The notes beneath the pieces are model-generated. The model was not told the origin of the DNA. It did not search any database and saw nothing but the letters and a program-made list of their open reading frames with translations. Position numbers and translations under genes: made by a program. A DNA stretch of 46,520 nucleotides, from contig MU057744.1 in NCBI GenBank assembly GCA_013265495.1, forward strand, positions 3,237,370-3,283,889. Reading direction: 5' to 3'. Source of the DNA: Vicugna vicugna (Eukaryota). Shown piece by piece: positions 1 through 9,602 of the stretch. Each line of letters opens with the position of its first letter. The first letter of the stretch is position 1.

Positions 1-1924
1 AATAAGACATCTGGGTTTGAACAAATAAGTAAAAGAATTCCATCACTGAAGCCAACTGAAGATTGGCTGAACCCAGTCAGTTGAAGCCTTCTTAGATTTT
101 GGCAATAAAGTCGGCCCCACACGCACTCACACATACTCTCTCATCTTGTATTTATATGTAAACACAGTCAGAGCTATATTTAGCTTCATAAAGATGGAGT
201 CGCAGCAGACTGAAAGAAAGTAAGACTTCCCTGTAAAGAATGGATCTGGTTTCATCTGTCCACACCTCCTCCCACCTGTCCGTCAGGCGGACCCCCTGGA
301 GCCCAGCCAGCCCTCTGCCCAGGGCTTGCCGCCTCCACCCCATCCCGCGCTCCCTGCCGCCTCCCCCCCGCCCCCCGATCTGCAGGTCTGCTGCATTTTG
401 GCTTTGACCTGTAGGCCCTAGCACTCAGCACCACTTCTTCGTGAAGTAATTGGGGTTTCTGCTGCTGACCGCGTCGTGTGTAACTGTGTGAATTCGATGT
501 CTTGTGAGTCACAGACCCAAGTACAACACGAGACACCTGAGAGGTACCTCATGGTTTCAGGTAGTCGACAGCCAATATAAGGGTTGGTTTTATAATAACA
601 CTTTTAGAGCAGTTTCTCTCAACTTTTTAAAGTTCCGTGATACGATGAATGGAATTTTTTCTGGGGAAAAAAAAAAAAGTGAACCCGATCCCTCCGTGTG
701 TTCGCCGGAGCAGATGCTGCAGCTTGCTCTTTGTCGCGGCAGCACGCACATGTGGTTGCGTGTTGCTCCTTCTCTCTTTGTGTGGCTCTGGCTAAACTTG
801 ATACAAGAGAAATTGTATACTGAAATGACATATTTTGGAAAATATTTGTGTTATTTATTTTAAGAACTGCTGTCTCACTTACCACTTGTTGTGCCACCCC
901 AGATGTTAGTGCCTTAAAGCAGTTAGCATCTGTTGATGATACTTCTGTGCCGTGGGTTGGTCCCACCTGGGGTCACTTGTGAATCTGGAGGTTCAGTGGG
1001 GCCACATGGCCCAAGGGTGAGTCTCCCTAACCTGGACGGCAGCTAGCGGCCATCTGCGGGTGACTCCACTCGGCCGCCTGGCAGGACATCCCGCTTTCCT
1101 GGGACAGTCTAGCCGATCCCGGAGTGGGGCAGAACGCCTCGAGAGGGCCAGACCTGGAAGTCACACGTCGGCACCTCCACATCCCCCTGGCCAAGGCAAG
1201 CCACAGGACCAGCCCAGATTCGAGAGGAGAGAAACACACGCCCGTGAGAGGAAGAGCAGGAGATAATTTGTGACCACGTCTAATCTACCATCGTCTTAAT
1301 TTTTGTCAAATTCACTTAATCAGTGGTTGCTATGCAAATAAAAGGAATAAGATTTTCATGTTGTAAGCCTGAATGTGAAAGAAACAGGCAGCTGGTGTCG
1401 CTTTTGAATCTCTGACAAATTTTGTTCAGACGCTGTGGGCCTGTGACAGGTGAGAGACAGCCGAGCAGCAGCACTGCGGTTTCCATCTGACTGACACTCG
1501 CCACCCTCCAGCTCCACCTGAACCTCAGCTGCACATGGGTCTTTTTAGAAAGCTGCCAATTTCTGTAGTTTATTGAGAGGGAAACAGTTTCAGGATATAT
1601 TTAACATCTAGTAATATTTAATGAAGCCATGACTTGGCGCCTAAAGTAAAACCAGTCAGGAAAAGAAAGACTTCTGTTTAAATAGAGACTTGAACAATCG
1701 CATAGGTAGTGAGGATGCCTTCATTTGATTATTTATTTTGTTTCTAATTTGAACTCAGAATTGAAACTGGCTTTCAAAGGAAAGAAAGTTTTATTTTGCA
1801 TTAGCAGCAAGTTTCTTCCTTCGAGGGCTGCAGACTAACCACGTGCTGCTATAAAGTTGGCTGATGATGAAAACATTACCAGTGGCCATTGCACTGAGGC
1901 TTACTGTCTGTTGCACTTGTAGTC

Positions 1925-2040
1925 AATTATACCCTTTAATCCCAGTTTACAGAAGATGGGGCTTGGAGATCTTAAAGATTATGAGAGTTGCTCAGGGTCG
2001 CACAGAGGAGAGATTGGGAGCTGGTATGCTCACTCCCACT
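1925..2040 (-). mobile_element. MIR SINE remnant
   Basis: 'atcccagtttacagaagatggggcttggaga...gttgctcagggtcgcacag' resembles the reverse MIR core (atccccattttacagatgaggaaactgaggc...ttgcccaaggtcacacag). Highly diverged. Confidence 0.55.
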
Positions 2041-2134
2041 GTATAAACAAGAGCAGGCCTCCTGCCTTCCAGCAGCAGACTTCCTCCTTCAGCCTCACTG
2101 AGTTGAAACTTTGGTGCAGAGCTAGCCCATCGTG

Positions 2135-3030
2135 CCCTTAGTAAGACAAGACACACAGCACTTAAGTAGGTGATAAGTACTCTGGGGAAGGCAGGAAAAG
2201 GGAGGTGTCGGGGCAGTGTGACAGTGGGGGTGTCATGGAATCAGTTTTGGAGAGAACTCAGAGGATGCTGTGCTGAAAGACGACGGTGCCACCGAGAAGA
2301 TGCCAAGTGTCTAGGGAAGAAGGATGTCCCGGGCCGAGGGGAGGACAAGTGCAAACGTCCTGAGGTGGGAGCATGAAGGGCTTGTTCAGGACAGACGGAG
2401 GAGGGCTGGAGGGCACCAGTGAGGCTCGGCTTACTGAGACTGGGAGGAAGGACAGGGTGGGAGAGAGGGCTTGTTTCAGATATTTTAATTTTCAGATGCT
2501 TGTGGAAGTCCCCCGGGGGCTGCTGAAGAGGCACACAAGTAGAGGTGAGTCCAGAGTGCCAGTGGATGGCAGGCTGGTGCATACCTGTGGAAGTCACCAG
2601 TTCCTAGAGCACTCAGGTGTGTGGCAGCTCAGGGAGACAAGAGAGCAGCAGACTTTCGGTGAACTGTCTGGGAAGAGATGCCATCCGGGCAGGATGCTAG
2701 AACTTGTGTGAGATCAAGAAGCAGAAATGGAAAAAGAGGGCATGGCAGGCAGAGGGGTTGCTTTGGGTAAGAACCCTGGACCAGGGAAGGTCTAGAGTGC
2801 TGGGAGCGATGTCGGAGTGGCCGCCCTGCAGGACTCTCCAGGCGGTGATGGGAGGGCTTGGGGGAGGGGTGGTGGTGACAGCTGACAGCCCTGGCCCCTG
2901 CTCAGAAGTCAGCAGCTATTCTGCAGCCGGACGGGAGGCACCGGCGGCTCTTAGGCAGGAGTGCGACCTGATCAGGTGCATCGATGGGAATGATCTAACT
3001 CACGCACACAGCACCTGCGGGCGGTGCTGA
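2135..3030 (-). mobile_element. L2 LINE remnants (fragmented)
   Basis: 'gaggacaagtgcaaacgtcctgaggtgggagcatg' and 'ggaggcaccggcggctcttaggcaggagtgcgacctgatcag' match the recalled reverse L2 3' region (aacagcaagtgcaaaggccctgaggtgggaa; ggagccactggagggttttaagcagggagtgacatgatcag). Confidence 0.65.
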
Positions 3031-3964
3031 AAGCGATGGCCGCACGACTGCAGGCTAAGTGCTGTGGGAGACCCGTCCCTCTTTCGTGTGGAAACTGTTG
3101 GGACAAAAAGTGATCTGTATTGGTGGTGTTTCTTCTCGGTGTCAGAGCCTGATGAGCTGTGACTGCCTTCTTCTTAAGGGCCGTCTCACCTTGGCAGCTG
3201 TCCTTCTGGAATTGTGATGTTCTGCATGTGTGAACGCGGTGAATATTCACACCTCTGGCCACAGGGCTGGACCCTTAGGGGTCACTGTTACCTAATCATT
3301 TTACTTGGCTTCTGAAGAAACCAGTCAGGCTCACTTGTCACTAAATCCCATTTCAGTTTGATACGTGAAGAAGGAAAGATGGCAATTCAGAAATGCCCTC
3401 GTGGTGTTTTCTGTCTCAGAATACCGCTACCCACGTGCCCAGGGCCTGTGCTCGCCCAGCTTCAACACTGAAGAGAGAGCCGGGAGTCGGGGACAGATCA
3501 GCGGCGGGTCCGTGAATGAGGGGGCTTACCTGTCTGCAGCAAGGTCCTGGAACAGCACCCACCGTGCGGGCAGATGGTGGGCAGCCGTCTTCGCTCCGGG
3601 GGGAGGGGAGGTTCGCAGTTCTGGGGAGTTGATGTCAGGTTGGCTCATGTGTCACTACGGAAAGCAGCAAAGGGGCAGGCCCCTCACCGCCCCTTGAGAA
3701 GGGCAACCGCTTGCTGGGGCAAGTGCTTAGGAAGGTCAGTCCCGTGAGCTGGGTGGAGCAGGCAGGACAGAGAGCAAGAGAACAGCCCCCTTGAGTGGCC
3801 TGACCACACACCGTGTGTTTCACTTTGGAAAAACAGTGGAGCATTTGCCCAGACACAGGAGCCGGGAATCTGTGTCCCCTAAAGCTCTCTGAAAGGAGTC
3901 CCTGAAGTCAGACAGGAGTCTGTCCTTCCTGCTGATGGAGACCGAGAGCAACCCCACATTTTGT

Positions 3965-4095
3965 GCACGTCTGTTCTGAGCCATGCAACTTGCATGTGAA
4001 TTTTCATTTAATTCTTAACACACTGTGATATAGGTGTAATCTTACAACAAGTGGCAGAATTGAGGCTCAGAGAGTTAAATACCTTGGCTAAGACA
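3965..4095 (-). mobile_element. MIR SINE remnant
   Basis: 'tcatttaattcttaacacactgtgatataggt...aattgaggctcagagagttaaataccttggctaag' matches the reverse MIR core. Confidence 0.7.
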
Positions 4096-4184
4096 AGTTT
4101 ATTCTTGTATCACGTAAAAAAACAAATTACTTGCTTTTCCTTCATCCAAATGGACTGATTTCTACTGTCATTTTCTCGTCAAGG

Positions 4185-4310
4185 AGCTCAGTGAATATTC
4201 ATGGAACAAATACTGAGCACCTGCTGCCTACCGGGTGTTGCTCTGGAGGCTGAAGAGAGAACAGTAAACAAAATAAACAAGAGTCCCTGCCTTCTGGAGC
4301 AGACACCCAG
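4185..4310 (-). mobile_element. L2 3' end
   Basis: 'tactgagcacctgctgcctaccgggtgttgctctggaggctgaagagagaacagtaaacaaaa...agtccctgccttctggagc' is a typical reverse L2 3' terminus. Confidence 0.7.
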
Positions 4311-5767
4311 TTTAAGTTTGTGGCGTGTTCAGCAGAAGGTGTACGTCAGAGTTGCCGTGAAGCAGCCTGCAGGGGCAGAACACGCCCGTGGGCCACGTGC
4401 ACGCTTCCTGGGTGTCACAGGGGACTCTGACCAGGGACCTCAGGCTGAGAGACTTCTGCAGGAAGGAGTGGAGAGGCTCACATTTTTCGTCCTCTGGAAC
4501 CGTTCTTGCTCCTTTTCTCATCAAACCCCCATCGTTTGGTCAGACGTGGGGAGCGATGTGAGAAAACACAAGGCAGCGTTTGCTCAGTATTTTAAGTGTA
4601 CGGACAAAATGTAGTAGACCAGTTTTACAAGAAGAATAATGGTTTTAGTCCATTAGAAATACTGATGCGGAGAGGACCACCCGCAAGACAAGAGTAAGGA
4701 GGCAGCCTTGTTTTGGTGCGACTGGACACCAGAGACCTCGCTGTTCATGCCGTTGTGCTGGACTGTCAGCTGCAGAGGGACGTGCGCACACACTGCTCCC
4801 CGTCACCTGCACTCGCTCAGCGTGGGCTGAGCGTTAACTACTTTTCATCACTGATTCTCACTCGGAGGGTCACACTTCTCCTTTCTGTCTTACTTTGGTT
4901 TTCCAGACGTCAGTCGTCTCTTGCTATGAGGACAGACTTCTGCTGGCACATCTTTCTAATTCATCCTGGTCAGCCTCCGGCCTGGGCTGGGCTTTTGCTC
5001 AGCCATTATTCTCTTAAAGGATAAGGCATTATGCAGACCTGTCCTTGGTGAATTTTAAAGTTTGTGTTTTTCAGTTAATAAAATGTCTGGACAGCTAAAC
5101 AGTAAATTCTGTGCAGAAGCTGATTTCTAGGTCAGGAAAATTTAAACTATGAAGTTAATAACTAGAACCAATTTGCATGTGTCTCTCTTCACTATTACCT
5201 CGACGTTTGAAAGGAAAGAGGGAGCCGTCAGGGAGTAAGCAGTTAGTCCAAAATGGATGGATTGAATTCGTTTGATAAATATAATTAGCCTTTAAACAAC
5301 ACCTTCTTTAAACAAGGAACACTTGGCAGAAAACAAAGGTTTACGCAAATTCCGATGTGCCTTCTCTTTTACGTTAGCCCTTCTCTGGGTCTGTGCAGTG
5401 CTGAGACAACTTGGCCTTCACGTCGAGTGGATGCCTTTATGGAGGCGAGATTACAGGTGTGGGGATCCTAAAGCTGCACTGGTGGCTCTGAGGAAGGCAG
5501 GTGCTGACATGCACAGAGATGATGGCTCCTCATTAAGGTGCAGGTAAGGAAGCCTGGGCGGTGAGCGGCACGGTTACCACTGCTGCAGGCTGTGTTCCCA
5601 CCGGTTCAGAAGGCCAAATGTATATTATTTCTACATACAATGTTTGCTTTCTCTAAAGTAAAATTTGGGTTAGACAAACTTTGTAGAGAAAAAGGAATCA
5701 TTACCCGGCGGTAAAACTTTACCTTTTGACCTTTGACAACTTTGCAGTAGTAAACTTAAACAGGATC

Positions 5768-5799
5768 TTTTTTTTTTTTTGGTTTTGGTTTTGGTTTTG
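5768..5799. repeat. poly-T followed by (GGTTTT)3 simple repeat
   Basis: Read directly from the sequence. Confidence 0.9.
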
Positions 5800-7109
5800 A
5801 TCAGATCACTGTGTGTGGCTGCATATGTCGATAAACCCTAAATTAGGAAAGTAGAAGTGCTCTCATTATCTCTCCAAACTCTGAGAGCTGGGCAGGAAGT
5901 TTCAGGGTAGCTTTGCATGTTGAGGGACCTGGTTCGGGGTCCTAGAAGCCCATCTTGACCTAACCAGAATGATCGTGTTTGGTTAAATAAGAGTGTCATT
6001 TGTAAGCAAATGAAAACGTGGGGAGGACATCCTGACCTCAAATTATAAAATAGTCCGTTTAGTTTCTTGAAGAAGTTGCTGGCCCAGATGGAGTTACGAG
6101 GCCCCGTGTGAATGATACGATGTAACAGAGGCTGCAGCTCTGAGTCTCAGTCAGGGTCCAGTTACTCACAGACCGACCTTTTATGAGTACAGATCATACT
6201 TACCTTATTACATCAGGCTTTGTCTTAAATGTGTGCGTTCTGCGATACCTGCTCTTCCACTCTGCAGAGCACCCCTCTCCTCACCACTCCACCCCACGCG
6301 TGCCTCCATCCTCACGCCGGAACTCAGCGCTAGAGTCGCGGTCTGTGCGGTTGGCTGGCTCCGCAGGTTTAGTGAGTATGTGCAGGATAGAAACGGGAGG
6401 TGCTAGGTAGAGACCAATGTGCTTGGGAGAGAATGCATGGAAGTCTGTAAAGATGAAATGAAGCCATCATCCCTGTGGTGGAGCAGAGCTCCAGGCGTGG
6501 TCTCCAGTGGTGTGTCCTTACTGTCGTCCGTGCGTTTGTGCCGTCTGTCTAGACGTTTCCTTCTTTGTGTTTCTGCCGTCATCCGACCAGCTCTTCAAAT
6601 TGCATTTCCACGTGAGGACTTCCCATTCAAGGAAGTTATATTGCCATCCCCCCAAAATGTTCTTCCTACCGATAGCTCCTGATGGATTCTTCCTTCTTGT
6701 CCTTAACCTCTTTGAGACTTCCTGCTGACATCAAAATGTATGAAGAGATCATCCCTTCAAGGGATATGCAGTGAATGATCACTGCCACCTCCTATCTGCG
6801 TCTTTCACGTTGCTCTAAGGGAGAACACCAGCAAGACTTCTGTGCTGATGGTGCCAGCCTCCCAGTCGGTTTCTGCCTGTAAATCTACAGTTTCTGTCAG
6901 TCGTCTTAGACTGACTCGTGCTGTTAAGATGAGAACAAGTGGACACCAGTCTTCTAAATGCAGTTCATGTTGCCGGATGCCGAGGACCACTTTGATTCAA
7001 GTGCTTTTACTCATGACAACGTTTCTTTTAGACGCTGGGCTGCGGAGTCGCTCTTCACGTACGGAGCTAGCTGGTGTAACTCCAGAGGAGCGGGAGGTTT
7101 GCAGGTCAG

Positions 7110-7300
7110 AAGACAGAGCGGAGGGACCAGTCTGACACGCGGGTTCCCGCATCTCAGCTCCACCGGGGTGTATGGGGAGCCTCAGCGTTCTGAACCGCAG
7201 AGCGGGGACAACAGTAGACGCCACCTAAAAGAGTTGGTGGTGACTGAGCAGTGTGGCGTGTGAAGTGGTTGACACGGGGAAGCACAGACCATGCACTGTG
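7110..7300 (+). mobile_element. MIR SINE remnant, GC-shifted
   Basis: 7181-7226 'ctcagcgttctgaaccgcagagcggggacaacagtagacgccacct' aligns without gaps to the recalled MIR core 'ctcagtttcctcatctgtaaaatggggataataatagtacctacct'. Upstream 'gtctgacacgcgggttcc' resembles the MIR head. Confidence 0.65.
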
Positions 7301-8542
7301 AACGTAGGCACTGCAGTGATACTGACACATCGTTGTTGTAAGCATGTGCGAGAAGACACACAAGAGAACTGACTTGCTAGCCAGTCCGTCAGGACTGTGT
7401 GTTAGGGATGCTGTGCTGCTCTAACGAAAGACCCCTTGTGGTTCAGGGACCCAGGGGTTGCGGAGGGTCTGTGTAGTCCACTTGATGCTCCTCGGCCGGA
7501 ATTCGAGGCCAGAGTGCCTCCAGTTGGCTTCTTTTCAGCACAGGGAACTTGGAAATGCAAGCGTGGCAGACGTGGGCTCCGACATGGAGACGGCGTCGGT
7601 TAGGTCCATTCGTTGCACCAGGGAAGGGAACCGTCACAGAGCCACTGAGAACCGCGAGGCGGCGGGCGGAGGTCGGAGGTGGGCAGCCCGGTGCTCGTGG
7701 AAGAGGCGGAGAGTGGAGCTTCCGCGAGCTGGTGGCCCTCCCCCAGGCTGGCAGAGCACACGGGGACTTCAGGAAACTGCCTGCTTTTCGAGTTTGCAGG
7801 CCAAGCCTGTCTACAGTTTATAGTCTTGTGGTTTCCCTTTTATTAAATGCGGGTGTGGGAATAAGCAGTTTTCAAGATTGTTTCCAGTTCTTAGAGAGAA
7901 TACTGACTTTTAGCAAAATGCCACCTTGGTTAAATATCTGTCCTGTGAAAAATTATCAGCAGAACTGCAGGATCAGAATTATGGGTTGTTTTTTTTTCCA
8001 TTTTCAAATGTGAATAACATTCAGTGTGAAGCTGTGACAAACAACTGCCGACCTGATCCATTCAAAGATTTTAGAAAACATATAAGATAGTTTAATTATG
8101 CTAGTTTTCCTAGGCTGATTTTCTGAACTTGAAAATCCTGAAATTCCTGTGATGGTCTATTAGGTGTGGTAATTACCTTTTAAAAATATTTTTTCTCTAC
8201 GCTTCACCTGTTTTGGGATTCACGTCATAAATCAACAACAACAAAAGAACTAAAGTCAGGGTTGAGGTTAGCCTTTCCATACTCGGTGACGAGAACGTGA
8301 CGCTTCAAGGTAATGTGTCACTTTTTATTGATACCTGTGAAGAGACAGGTGACATTGTTTAAATCCCTCTTTTAGGCAGCGCAGTGTTTGGAAGAACTAC
8401 TTTATAAGCTACCTAAGATAGAGGGCAAGATTGCAAAGACATAAACTACTGTCAGGATTAGAATAATGTGTATTCTTTCTGAAATCTAGAATGAGCATAT
8501 GAGCCGCCCCCGAGAAGGTCAGCACTTAGAATGACTTTGGGT

Positions 8543-8992
8543 TGTCAACTGAAACAGACGCACAGCCTGAAGCGGCTATGTTCATTCAGTGGACGTTTCT
8601 GAGGACTCGAACTCCTTGGCGCCTGGGGTGGCAGCCTCTCAGGTGGCTCTGAAGGAGCTCCGAAGAGGTGGGGGAGGAGCCAGGATATACTGGGGTTTTA
8701 CAACAAAGACCAGGTAGTGGGAACATTAAAGATTATTGTTAATTAAAGAAAACCAGGCATCTCAAGTTAAAGAATTTAGCTCTTTTCTGTGTATGGGAGG
8801 AAGCAAACATTTGGGTCATTGAAGTCATTCCTTTGACAAGCCCTAGCTCTCTAGGGCCAGTGTCCTGTCCTCTCTCTTTCTGGGTCCCCTCAGGCTGCCT
8901 GCTGGTCTTCACTGTGAGGGGTGGCGGCTGATGACTTGATGGCTTCAGCATTCTTTGTTTACTGATATGGCTTGCAGTCGTTTTCATCCACA
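8543..8992 (-). mobile_element. Solo LTR, ERV1-class (450 bp)
   Basis: TG...CA termini (TGTCAAC at 8543; ATCCACA ending 8992) are flanked by a perfect 4-bp TSD GGGT (8539-8542, 8993-8996). The - strand has a TATA-like 'agtatatcc' and a degenerate polyA signal 'aatgaa' near the 3' end. The body resembles recalled artiodactyl ERV1 LTRs. Confidence 0.85.
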
Positions 8993-9464
8993 GGGTCAAA
9001 AACAGAAATTTCTTTAATCTCTTGAGGGCCAGAGTGGTAAGTATCTCTTCTTCACCAGGGAACAGCAGCCCCGGGCCCTGGAGGGTGCCTGTGTCTGTGT
9101 CTGCAGGCGGAGGCAGGTCTGCATTTAGAGGATACAGATAGGAAGTACTCGCTGAACAGGCGGATGGCTGCAGGAGGCAGCCCCAGGGAGGCCCCAGCTG
9201 GGCCCTGGCTCCCGGGTTGTGTAAGCAACTGCAGATGGGGAAGGTGCCATTTAGCAAAGGACGACAGTTGTCACCAAGACGACAGTGGGTGCTTCCCAAG
9301 AGTGTTTTTTTAAAGCATTTTTCGACAGAGTAAGAAAAGTAACCCAGTAGACGTAGACGACGTCCTCTGTTGAGCTTTTAAAGGTCATGAATCACATGTG
9401 ACCAGGCCCATCCCTGTTTGACTGCAGGGTTGGGAACGGTTGGTTGGTAGAGACTTTGCTGTGT

Positions 9465-9602
9465 CCATTCACTTACTAATTCATCTGTTGTAACTGGTTT
9501 TCAGTATTTATTTATGCCGGACGCTGTGCTTATTAGCACTGTGATTACAGTGACAGGCAAGGGGACAAGGCACCTGGCCCTGAATGAGCTAACAGTGTGG
9601 CG
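9465..9602 (-). mobile_element. L2 3' end
   Basis: 'cattcacttactaattcatc...tcagtatttatttatgccggacgctgtgct...cctggccctgaatgagctaacagt' matches a reverse L2 terminus. Confidence 0.65.

Noticed and set aside
5727..5739. DR1/NBRE-like nuclear receptor site TGACCTTTGACAA
   Set aside because: One half-site is imperfect, the motif is isolated, and similar 8-mers recur by chance.
8739..9299. 186-aa ORF on the - strand as a retroviral gene
   Set aside because: It runs from flanking DNA into the solo LTR and shows no gag, pol or env motifs. The TSD shows the internal region is gone.
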